Positions 8,869 to 16,879 of a stretch of 32,000 bases of DNA are shown here, one piece after another. The translations under genes and the position numbers were made by a program. Source of the DNA: Demequinaceae bacterium (GTDB lineage Bacteria > Actinomycetota > Actinomycetes > Actinomycetales > Demequinaceae). Location of the stretch: the NCBI GenBank assembly GCA_965250005.1, contig OZ252279.1, positions 1,680,001-1,712,000 on the forward strand, in the 5' to 3' direction. Position 1 is the first letter of the stretch. Each line of letters begins with the position of its first letter. The notes beneath the pieces were generated by a model that was not told the origin of the DNA, did not search any database, and saw only the letters and a list, made by a program, of their open reading frames with translations.

Positions 8869-11724
8869 ATGACCGCAACTGTCTCCGCCACCCGCGAGTT
8901 CGCGGCCGCGCTTCGCGAGGCGATCGACGGCGAGGTCGATGGCTCGAAGCGCCGCCGCGCCGAGTACTCAACGGACGCCTCGAACTATCGAGTGGTGCCT
9001 CAGGTTGTGGCGATGCCACGCGATGCTGACGATCTGATTGCGGCGCTTGCCGTAGCGCGTGAACACCAGGTGCCGGTGACGATGCGCGGCGGAGGTACGT
9101 CAGTTGCGGGCAACGCGATTGGCCCTGGTTTGGTGATCGACACCTCGCGCCACATGAACAAGGTGCTCTCGATTGACGCCGACGCGAAGACCGCGCGCGT
9201 GCAGCCCGGCGCTGTGCTCGCTCAACTCCAGTGGAACGCGAGCCAACACGGACTGCGGTTTGGGCCGGACCCTTCCACCGGCACTCGGGCGACGCTGGGC
9301 GGCATGATCGGCAACAATGCCTGCGGGCCGCACGCGGTCGCGTACGGCAAGACGTCTGACAATGTCGTGTCGCTCGACGCGGTGGACGGAACGGGCCGGA
9401 GATTCTTGGCCGCAGATGATCTGGCGGTAATTCCGGGCCTCGAGGCGTTTGTCGCGGCCAACCTCGCGCTCTTCAGGACGGACTTCGGGCGCTTTAGCCG
9501 CCAGGTCTCGGGTTACTCGTTCGAGCATCTGCTCCCGGAGAATGGCAACAGCCTCGCGCGATTCCTGGTCGGAAGCGAAGGAACTCTCGCGACAGTTGTG
9601 GAGGCTGAAGTTGCGCTCAAGGACATTGCGCAAGTGCGACTGATGGCGGTTCTCGGTTACGAGGACATGCCCTCCGCGGCCGATGCAGTGGTGCCGATCA
9701 TGGCACACGGCCCTCACGCGCTCGAGGGACTCGACGCTCGTCTTGTCGAGCGCATTCGCCGCGCGCCCGGCGACCAGCACGTTCCAGAATTACCTGCGGG
9801 CGCTGGGTGGCTGTTCGTTGAGGTGGGCGCCGAAACAAGGGATCAGGCGGAGGCGACGCTCGAAGCGATCATCCGAGATTCGCAGAGCGTCGGCCGCCGC
9901 CAAGTAGACGATCCGCGCGAGGCCAAGGCGCTGTGGAGCATCCGCGCGGCCGGTGCCGGACTCGCGGGCCGGTCTGCCGACAACGCCGAGTCCTGGCCCG
10001 GCTGGGAGGACGCCGCGGTCCCGCCTGAGCACCTGGGCGACTATCTTCGCGATTTTGACGCGCTCATGGACAAGCATGGCGTGGTGGGCCAGCCGTTCGG
10101 GCACTTTGGCGACGGGTGCGTGCACGTGCGCGTGGACATCCCGCTACGCGACGATGGCAGTGCACTGCGCGAATTTGCCGAGGAGGGAGCCGACTTGGTG
10201 ATGAAGTACGGTGGCTCGCTGTCGGGAGAGCACGGTGACGGGCGCGCGCGCAGCGAGCTCCTCAAGATCATGTACTCGGAAGAGTCGATCGCGGCATTCG
10301 GGCAGGTCAAGCACCTGTTTGACCCGAAGAACGTGATGAACCCCGGCGTCATGGTTGACCCTGCTCCGCTGGATGCGGACCTGCGGCGCCCCGCGGCGCC
10401 CGCGGTTCCGCGTGCGGGCGGCTTCGCTTTCGGGCACGATCACGGCGACCTGTCCGAGGCCGTGCACCGGTGCACCGGCGTCGGTTCTTGCCGCGGCGAG
10501 GCGATCCAATACGGCAACGGTTTCATGTGCCCCAGCTACGCCGCAACGGACGACGAGAAGGACGTCACGCGCGGACGCGCACGGGTGCTGCAGGAAGCCA
10601 TCAACGGCGCGCTGATCAAGGGCCTGACCTCGCGCGAGGTGGCGGAGTCTCTTGACCTCTGCTTGAGTTGCAAGGCGTGCTCAAGTGAATGCCCGTCCGG
10701 CGTCGACATGGCCGCGTACAAATCCGAAGTTCTCCACCGGAAGTACCGCCGCCGCTTGCGCCCCATCACGCACTACACGATTGGCCGCCTCCCCGGATGG
10801 CTACACCTGATCGGGCTTGCACCCCGGCTCGTGAACGCTCTCCTCAAGCCGCGCTGGATCGCGAAGACGGCGGTCTGGGTCGCGGGGATGGATACGCGAC
10901 GAACGCTCCCCGTTTTCGCGACGACCCCGTTTCGTAAGTCAGCGGCCGCGCGCGCGAGAGTAGCGGACGGCCCGCCGGAAGCGGCGACAGGGGCTCGGAG
11001 CGTGGTGCTCTGGGCCGACTCCTTCACGGACAATCTTGACCCGGATATCCCCGACGCGATCATCGCGGTCCTCGAGGACGCGGGAATCGAGGTGATCGTC
11101 GCTGGCGGCGCCGCCTGCTGTGGCGTCTCGTACATCTCGACGGGTCAGCTCGACCTCGCGCGCAAGCGGCTCGACGGCCTGCTGGGCGTGCTCGGACCGT
11201 TCGCGATCAACTCGATTCCGATCGTGGGCATAGAACCATCGTGCACGGCGGCGTTGCGGAGCGACCTGGTCGAACTGCTGCCGAACGACCCGCGTGCCCA
11301 TGCCGTGGCGAGTGGCGTATTCACGCTCGCCGAGGTTCTGACGGGCCGAGCGCCTGTTGGCCCGCGCGAAGGCTGGGCGGTGCCATCGCTGGCCGACGTG
11401 ACTACTGTCGTGCAGCCGCATTGCCACCAATACTCGGTCATGGGGTACACGGCGGACCGGGAGGTCCTTGCCGCGGCCGGCGCCGCCGTAACCGAAGCGG
11501 CCGGATGCTGCGGGCTTGCGGGCAACTGGGGTACCGAACGCGGGCACTACGAAACGTCCGTGAAGGTTGCGGAGAACTCGTTGTTACCAAAGCTTCGCAA
11601 GGCGCCCGTGGACGCGATCTACTTGGCCGATGGAATCTCGTGCCGCACCCAAGTGGAGGACCTTGCCGACGTCAAGGGTCAACACCTAGCGCAGCTGCTG
11701 CGCGGCAGGCTCACGGGCAAGTAA
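8869..11724 (+). CDS. FAD-binding and (Fe-S)-binding oxidoreductase (D-lactate / 2-hydroxyacid dehydrogenase-like fusion)
   Basis: FAD_binding_4 signature (VTMRGGGTSVAGNAIGPGLVIDTSR, GGMIGNNACGPHAVAYGKT), C-terminal FAD-oxidase domain, CLSCKACSSECPSGVD iron-sulfur motif, CCG-type Cys-rich domain (AACCGVSYI...AGCCGLAGNWG). Confidence 0.92.
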   Translation: MTATVSATREFAAALREAIDGEVDGSKRRRAEYSTDASNYRVVPQVVAMPRDADDLIAALAVAREHQVPVTMRGGGTSVAGNAIGPGLVIDTSRHMNKVLSIDADAKTARVQPGAVLAQLQWNASQHGLRFGPDPSTGTRATLGGMIGNNACGPHAVAYGKTSDNVVSLDAVDGTGRRFLAADDLAVIPGLEAFVAANLALFRTDFGRFSRQVSGYSFEHLLPENGNSLARFLVGSEGTLATVVEAEVALKDIAQVRLMAVLGYEDMPSAADAVVPIMAHGPHALEGLDARLVERIRRAPGDQHVPELPAGAGWLFVEVGAETRDQAEATLEAIIRDSQSVGRRQVDDPREAKALWSIRAAGAGLAGRSADNAESWPGWEDAAVPPEHLGDYLRDFDALMDKHGVVGQPFGHFGDGCVHVRVDIPLRDDGSALREFAEEGADLVMKYGGSLSGEHGDGRARSELLKIMYSEESIAAFGQVKHLFDPKNVMNPGVMVDPAPLDADLRRPAAPAVPRAGGFAFGHDHGDLSEAVHRCTGVGSCRGEAIQYGNGFMCPSYAATDDEKDVTRGRARVLQEAINGALIKGLTSREVAESLDLCLSCKACSSECPSGVDMAAYKSEVLHRKYRRRLRPITHYTIGRLPGWLHLIGLAPRLVNALLKPRWIAKTAVWVAGMDTRRTLPVFATTPFRKSAAARARVADGPPEAATGARSVVLWADSFTDNLDPDIPDAIIAVLEDAGIEVIVAGGAACCGVSYISTGQLDLARKRLDGLLGVLGPFAINSIPIVGIEPSCTAALRSDLVELLPNDPRAHAVASGVFTLAEVLTGRAPVGPREGWAVPSLADVTTVVQPHCHQYSVMGYTADREVLAAAGAAVTEAAGCCGLAGNWGTERGHYETSVKVAENSLLPKLRKAPVDAIYLADGISCRTQVEDLADVKGQHLAQLLRGRLTGK

Positions 11725-11747
11725 CTACCCGCCCGGTTTGCGGATGA

Positions 11748-12947
11748 CTAGTCGAGGCCCTCAATGAATTCGGAGACCAGCGCGTTGAGTTGCCCGGACT
11801 CGACGAGGAAGCCGTCGTGGCCCACGCCCGAATGCACTAGTTTGACGCCGTGCGACCCGCTCAGGAGCGAGTCGAGCAGCTCGGAGTTTTTGACCGGGTA
11901 GAGGCGATCCGAGTCCACTGCGACGACAAGCGCCGGAGTGTCCACCTTCGCGAGGGCCTTCTCGATGCCGCCTCGCCCGCGTCCAACGTCGTGCGACTGA
12001 ATCGCCTGCGCGAGGCGAATGTATGTGTTTGCGTCGAACCTCAGCGCGAGCTTACGCGCGTGGTGCTCGAGGTAGGACTGCACCGCAAAGCGACCACCAC
12101 CACCGATCGGGTTCTCTTCGCCCTGGTAGGACCGGCCGAACCGCGACGCTAGCTCACCCTCGGATCGGTACGTAGTGTGCGCGATCATGCGCGCGATGCC
12201 GATGCCCACGTGTGGGCCGTCGCCGTCGGCGGCACCGTAGTAGTCGCCATCGCGGAACTTGGGGTCTGCTTTGATCGCGGCAACCTGCGCCGTTGACCAC
12301 GCGAGCTGCTCCGCCGTCGCCGCTGGCGTGGCGCCCACCGGAGCGATGCCGCGCACGCGGCCCGGGGCCATTACGGTCCATTCGACAGCGCGCATGCCGC
12401 CCATGGATGGCCCGGTCATTGCCTTCCACGAATCGACGCCCAGGTGATCAGTCAGCGCGATTTCGGCAGAGACCATGTCGCGCAAGGTGAGGTAGGGAAA
12501 CCGCGATCCCCACGGTTTGCCGTCTTTGGGATGCGCCGATGCGGGGCCCGTGGTTCCCTGACATCCCCCGAGCAGGTTCGCGCACACGACGTAATAGCGG
12601 TCAGTGTCAACGGGCTTGCCCGGACCGACCATGCCGTTCCACCAGCCGCCAGTGTGGTGGCCAGCGCCGGCGGCGCCGGTGGCGTGGGAGTCACCCGTGA
12701 GGGCGTGAGCCACGTAGATCGCATTGTCGCCAGCGTCGTTCAGTTCGCCCCAGGTTTCGTATGCGACGCGCACATCGGGCAGAACGCCCGTGGAGTCGGC
12801 CTCGAGTTCGAGGTCGCCGATATCCGCGAATTGGCGACGGCCAGGGTCATCGCCCTCGCGCCACGCGGCAGAGGTGGGGATGGGCGCGACACGAGAGGGC
12901 CCCGTGTCGGCTGCCCATGCGTCTGTCTCGATACCGTCGTCGTCCAT
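11748..12947 (-). CDS. metX: Homoserine O-acetyltransferase
   Basis: VRVAYETWGELN, NAIYVAHALTGDSHATG, YYVVCANLLGGCQGTTGPAS, GPSMGGMRAVEW nucleophile elbow, VKLVHSGVGHDGFL. The ORF is open to 13073; start is uncertain, and ATG 12947 avoids a low-complexity N-terminal extension. Confidence 0.92.
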   Translation of the reverse strand: MDDDGIETDAWAADTGPSRVAPIPTSAAWREGDDPGRRQFADIGDLELEADSTGVLPDVRVAYETWGELNDAGDNAIYVAHALTGDSHATGAAGAGHHTGGWWNGMVGPGKPVDTDRYYVVCANLLGGCQGTTGPASAHPKDGKPWGSRFPYLTLRDMVSAEIALTDHLGVDSWKAMTGPSMGGMRAVEWTVMAPGRVRGIAPVGATPAATAEQLAWSTAQVAAIKADPKFRDGDYYGAADGDGPHVGIGIARMIAHTTYRSEGELASRFGRSYQGEENPIGGGGRFAVQSYLEHHARKLALRFDANTYIRLAQAIQSHDVGRGRGGIEKALAKVDTPALVVAVDSDRLYPVKNSELLDSLLSGSHGVKLVHSGVGHDGFLVESGQLNALVSEFIEGLD

Positions 12948-13064
12948 TTCGGGTTCAACCCTAGGCCACTGCGAGCTACGCAAGCCACCCGTGCGTGGCG
13001 GGCTCCCGGCCGCGACGCGACGGGGCTTTCGCGCTGGTGATTGTAGTTCCGGCGCCAGGGGACC

Positions 13065-13207
13065 GTGAGACAAATCTCACAAGCCCAGCGCCCTAAGGTA
13101 CAAATCGGTCGCTTAGCCTCGAAGGAGGGACATTGTTAACTGGGGAGCGGTGTTCGGCACAGCGACATTGGGAAGCGATGTCGCATGGTGACGAAAGTGA
13201 CGGGAAC
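13065..13207 (+). promoter_or_regulatory. Promoter/leader of first NlpC/P60 gene: palindrome, TAGCCT -10-like element, leader hairpin
   Basis: GTGAGA-CAAA-TCTCAC at 13065-13080; TAGCCT at 13114-13119; 7-bp hairpin GCGACAT/ATGTCGC at 13162-13184. Aligns without gaps to 14557-14699. Confidence 0.6.
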
Positions 13208-14479
13208 ATGAAACGGACAGCAATTGGCGCCGTGTTTGCCAGCGCGAAGACGAGCGGACTCACGCTGCGGCAGCGCGCCGCCATGGTGGCGGCAATCGCG
13301 CTACTTGTCACGAGTTATGTGGTCTACGCACCAGGAGCTCCTGCGGACGCGTACAACTATCCGGGCGCGGCTGAAGTAGCGCGCGCCAAAGCCGCAGTCA
13401 ACAACGCGAAGTCTTCAGTCAAGCAGCTTGACGCCGCAATCGTCGAACTAAATCAAGCGATCTACCTTGCCGACGTTGCCAGGCGCGAGGCCGAGGAGGA
13501 CTATTCCGAGGCTCAATGGGCAAACGTTGAGGCGCAGCGGCAGTTGTTCGCGGCGAACAATCGCGCCGACGAAGCGGACAGAGTGCTCGACTCCGCGCGC
13601 GGCGACCTCGCGGTGTTGGCTATGGCGGCCTACCGCGACGGATCGAGTTTTGGCTCTCTTGAGGCGCTCGTGAGCGCTGACGGGTTCGCGGACGTCATCG
13701 CGCGCGTTGAAGCCGCGGACCGGGCCTCGACAGATGCGCAGGTTGTTATAGAGCAGGTGCGCGCTTCCGACATTGTTGCCCAGACAATGCGTGAGTATGC
13801 GCACGGAGCTGCCAAAGCCGCGGTGGCGGCCGAAACCGCTGCACGCGAAGCGTTTGAGGCTGCGCAGGTCGCGTACGCCGCGGCCAAGACCGCGGCGGCG
13901 GAGGCCGAGGCGACTCGGATTCAGCTGGTCGACAAGCTCGCGCAGCTCCGCAAAACGTCGGCGTCGCTTGAGCGCGCGCGTTTGGAGGGTCTCCGCCAGT
14001 CACGTGCGGCAGCGTCACGCCGCGCCGCGGAGGCACGTTTGCGGCTGCTTTCGGGCGGCGCGACGAGCACGGTGTCTTCGGCTGGCGGGCGCTCGGTGAG
14101 CACATCGGCGCAGGGAGTCCAGGCAATGAACTTTGCCCTCGCGCAAGTAGGAAAGAAATACCGGAGCGGCGCGACGGGCCCCGATGCCTATGATTGCTCG
14201 GGACTGACGTCGACTGCGTGGGCATATGCGGGCGTGCGGATCCCGAGGACTTCGCGAACGCAGTACCCGGCGGTGGGACACGTTACCTACGCTGCTGCCA
14301 GGCCTGGCGACCTCATGTTTTGGGGTTCGGGCGCAAACTCGAGCCGCATGTATCACGTCGCGATGTACATCGGAAGCAATCGAATTGTCGAGGGAGGGAC
14401 GCCCAGGTCGGGTATTCACACCCGGGACTGGCGCAACTGGCACCTCGGGGACCTCATGCCATATATGGGACGGCCATAG
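13208..14479 (+). CDS. NlpC/P60 family secreted peptidoglycan hydrolase with N-terminal coiled coil (RipA/RipC-like)
   Basis: Signal peptide (MKRTAIGAVFA...VYAPGAPADA), long Ala/Glu coiled coil, NlpC/P60 domain with DCSGLTSTAWAYAG and YHVAMYIG. ORF track start 13133 lies within the duplicated leader; ATG 13208 is preferred by paralog comparison. Confidence 0.92.
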   Translation: MKRTAIGAVFASAKTSGLTLRQRAAMVAAIALLVTSYVVYAPGAPADAYNYPGAAEVARAKAAVNNAKSSVKQLDAAIVELNQAIYLADVARREAEEDYSEAQWANVEAQRQLFAANNRADEADRVLDSARGDLAVLAMAAYRDGSSFGSLEALVSADGFADVIARVEAADRASTDAQVVIEQVRASDIVAQTMREYAHGAAKAAVAAETAAREAFEAAQVAYAAAKTAAAEAEATRIQLVDKLAQLRKTSASLERARLEGLRQSRAAASRRAAEARLRLLSGGATSTVSSAGGRSVSTSAQGVQAMNFALAQVGKKYRSGATGPDAYDCSGLTSTAWAYAGVRIPRTSRTQYPAVGHVTYAAARPGDLMFWGSGANSSRMYHVAMYIGSNRIVEGGTPRSGIHTRDWRNWHLGDLMPYMGRP

Positions 14480-14556
14480 CGGCGCAAGCCGAGATTCGAG
14501 CCTGTGCCGATAAGTAGGTGCGGGTTAGCGTCAGCCACACCGGGCACCAGTCGACC

Positions 14557-14699
14557 TTGAGACGAATCTCACACGGGAGCCGTGTTCATTGCTTGGGCGT
14601 TGACCTAGCATCAAGATAGGGACATTGCTAGCTGAGGAGTGGTGTTCAGCACGGCACATCCGAGCTTCGGGAGTGCGTGGTGACGAAGGTGACAGGGAC
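14557..14699 (+). promoter_or_regulatory. Promoter/leader of second NlpC/P60 gene, paralogous to 13065-13207
   Basis: TTGAGACGAATCTCACA at 14557-14573, TAGCAT at 14606-14611, hairpin at 14654-14676; constant offset of 1492 bp to the first copy. Confidence 0.6.
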
Positions 14700-16229
14700 A
14701 TGAAAAGGAAGACTCTCGGCGACGGGTTTGCGGTTGTGGCCAGCAGGGGGCTCTCGGCGCGTCAGCGCGTTGCGGCCATCGCGGCGACTCTACTGTTGTT
14801 AACGAGTTACGGCGCCTACGCTCCCGGCGCGCCCGCCGACGCGGCAGATTACCCAGGCGCCAGCGAGGTAGCGCGGGCCAAGGCGGCGGCTGCCGATGCC
14901 GCATCGTCTGTAGCTCAGCTTGACGCGGCGATAGTTCAGCTGAACGAGGCTCTATACCTTGCTGATGTCGCCAGGCGTACGGCCGAGGAAGAATACTCCG
15001 AGGCGCAGTGGGCGAACGTTGAAGCTCAGCGGCAACTGTTTGCCGCTAACAACCGTGCCGACGAGGCGGACAAGGGACTTGATGCTGCTCGTGGTCGGCT
15101 CGCGGTGCTGGCCATGGCGGCTTACCGAGATGGAAACGCGCTTGGATCACTCGAGGCGCTCGTGTCGGCGGAGGGATTTGAAGATGTCGTGGCGCGGGTA
15201 GAAGCGCAAGACCGGGCCTCGACCGATGCGCAAGTGGTCGTCGAGCAGGTGCGTGCGGCAGACCTGGTCGCTCAAATCATGCGCGAGTATGCGCAGGGTG
15301 CTGCCGATGCAGCGTCGAGCGCTGAAGCCGTAGCACGGGATGCCTACCAGGCTGCGCAGGCGATCTACGCTGCCTCGAAGGTCGCGGTCGCCGAAGCCGA
15401 GGCCACCCGCGTTGACCTCATTAGCAAACTCGCCTCTCTGCGAAAGACGTCGGTGGAACTTGAGCAGCAGCGTCAGGCGGGACTTGAGGACGAGCGTATC
15501 GCTCGCGAGCTCGCGGCTGCGCAAGCGCGGATTCAGGCCGCCGACGAGGCGGCTCTGCGCGAGCAAGAAGATGCACGCAAGGCTGCCGAAGCCGCTGCTG
15601 AGGCGGCTCTGCGCGAGCAGGAAGAGGAACGTAAGGCCGCTGAAGCCGCAGCCGAGGCCGCGCAGAACCCGCCACCAGAACCGGAGCCCGACCCAACGTC
15701 TGGCACAGAGCCCGCCACTGAGCCAGAGCCCGCCCCTGAACCGGAACCGGATCCTGATCCGGAGCAGGCCCCCGCTCCAGCACCCTCGCCGACGAGCACG
15801 TCGCTCGCCAGTCGCGGCAATCCGACATCGGATTCGGTTCCCATCCGCGCAACCTGGGCGCAGGCAAACTTGGCGGCCGACTTCGCGTACGCGCAGAACG
15901 GTAAGAAGTACCAGAGCGGGGCGACAGGCCCGGACGCATACGACTGCTCGGGGCTCACGTCGACGGCGTGGGCGTACGCCGGAGTCTCAATTCCGCGTAC
16001 GTCGCGAACGCAGTACCCTGCTGTCGCGCACGTTTCCTACGCGTCACGCGCTCGCGGCGACCTGATGTTCTGGGGCACCAACGCCAACCCGAACTACATG
16101 TACCACGTCGCTATGTACCTAGGCGGCAACCAAATCATCGAGGGCGGTAGCCCATCTTCCGGTATCCACACGCGCGACTGGCGCAATTGGCACCTCGGCG
16201 ACTTGATGCCCTACATGGGGCGCGTCTAG
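14700..16229 (+). CDS. NlpC/P60 family secreted peptidoglycan hydrolase with extended coiled coil and Pro/Glu-rich linker
   Basis: Paralog of the preceding gene: same signal peptide type (MKRKTLGDGFA...YAPGAPADA), same NlpC/P60 domain (GATGPDAYDCSGLTSTAWAYAG, MYHVAMYLGGNQIIEGG, GDLMPYMGR). Contains EPEPDPTSGTEPATEPEPAPEPEPDPDPE linker. Confidence 0.92.
   Translation: MKRKTLGDGFAVVASRGLSARQRVAAIAATLLLLTSYGAYAPGAPADAADYPGASEVARAKAAAADAASSVAQLDAAIVQLNEALYLADVARRTAEEEYSEAQWANVEAQRQLFAANNRADEADKGLDAARGRLAVLAMAAYRDGNALGSLEALVSAEGFEDVVARVEAQDRASTDAQVVVEQVRAADLVAQIMREYAQGAADAASSAEAVARDAYQAAQAIYAASKVAVAEAEATRVDLISKLASLRKTSVELEQQRQAGLEDERIARELAAAQARIQAADEAALREQEDARKAAEAAAEAALREQEEERKAAEAAAEAAQNPPPEPEPDPTSGTEPATEPEPAPEPEPDPDPEQAPAPAPSPTSTSLASRGNPTSDSVPIRATWAQANLAADFAYAQNGKKYQSGATGPDAYDCSGLTSTAWAYAGVSIPRTSRTQYPAVAHVSYASRARGDLMFWGTNANPNYMYHVAMYLGGNQIIEGGSPSSGIHTRDWRNWHLGDLMPYMGRV
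15546..15653 (+). repeat. Intragenic 54-bp tandem repeat, 2 units plus a trailing partial
   Basis: GAGGCGGCTCTGCGCGAGCA recurs at 15546 and 15600; encodes EAALREQEDARKAAEAAA / EAALREQEEERKAAEAAA, then partial EAA. Confidence 0.8.
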
Positions 16230-16244
16230 ATAGGAACCCAAGCT

Positions 16245-16282
16245 GCCCCGCTCGTCGACCCTCAGCGTCGGGCGGGGCTTTT
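16245..16282 (+). terminator. Rho-independent terminator between NlpC/P60 gene and convergent ppa
   Basis: GCCCCGC...GCGGGGC stem (16245-16251 / 16272-16278) followed by TTTT. Confidence 0.75.
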
Positions 16283-16313
16283 CCTGTTTACCGCCCCAGC
16301 CCGCCCTGCGGCG

Positions 16314-16820
16314 CTAGTGACCAGCGCCCGCCTCGAACGGTGTGCCCTTGGCTCGCGCAAATGACGCAGTGATCTCGGCCTCGGCCTCGTCGCGGCCAAC
16401 CCAGTGGGCACCTTCGACAGATTTGCCAGGTTCAAGTTCTTTGTAGACCTCGAAGAAGTGCTGAACCTCAAGCCGGTGGAATTCGCTGATGTCAGTCAGC
16501 TCGCGGCGCCACGCAGCGCGCTGGTCCCCGACGGGCACACTGATGACCTTGTCGTCCCCGCCAGCCTCGTCGCGCATGCGGAACATCCCAAGCGCGCGGC
16601 ACCGAATCAGGCAGCCGGGAAACGTGGGTTCTTCGAGCAGGACGAGCACGTCCAGCGGGTCGCCGTCTTGCCCAAGGGTGCCGTCGACAAACCCGTAGTC
16701 GTCGGGGTACCGGGTGGACGTAAACAACATACGGTCAAGCATGATGCGGCCACTTTCGTGGTCAACTTCGTACTTGTTTCGGCTTCCCTTGGGGATTTCA
16801 ATAGTTACGTCGAATTCCAT
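16314..16820 (-). CDS. ppa: Inorganic pyrophosphatase
   Basis: MEFDVTIEIPKGSRNKYEVDHESGRIMLDR, DGDPLDVLVLLEEPTFPGC, GGDDKVISVP. ATG 16820 has GAGGA upstream; the track start of 16832 is less likely. Confidence 0.96.
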   Translation of the reverse strand: MEFDVTIEIPKGSRNKYEVDHESGRIMLDRMLFTSTRYPDDYGFVDGTLGQDGDPLDVLVLLEEPTFPGCLIRCRALGMFRMRDEAGGDDKVISVPVGDQRAAWRRELTDISEFHRLEVQHFFEVYKELEPGKSVEGAHWVGRDEAEAEITASFARAKGTPFEAGAGH

Positions 16821-16879
16821 GCCCGTCCTCATGTTGGCGATTCCTAGTCACTAGTGTGGCGTATGAGAAAGGGGCGCGA

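Noticed and set aside
12948-13073. N-terminal extension of MetX (MSHGPLAPELQSPARKPRR...)
   Set aside because: Low complexity and not family-like. It would also place the start codon against the palindrome upstream of the divergent NlpC/P60 gene. Kept only as an alternative start.
13060-14702. Possibility that the NlpC/P60 leaders are ydaO/yuaA (c-di-AMP) riboswitches
   Set aside because: The conserved leader is only about 80 nt and I do not see the long multi-helix architecture or typical conserved core of that class. I cannot exclude a divergent member without a covariance-model search.
15546-15653. Direct repeats that could suggest a CRISPR array
   Set aside because: The 54-bp units are contiguous, in frame, have no spacers and encode a coiled-coil repeat. 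They are intragenic.
15340-16065. 241-aa + strand ORF and antisense 172/141-aa ORFs over the second NlpC/P60 gene
   Set aside because: Low-complexity Arg/Pro/Ser/Ala translations arising from alternate frames of a high-GC gene with a recognisable domain.
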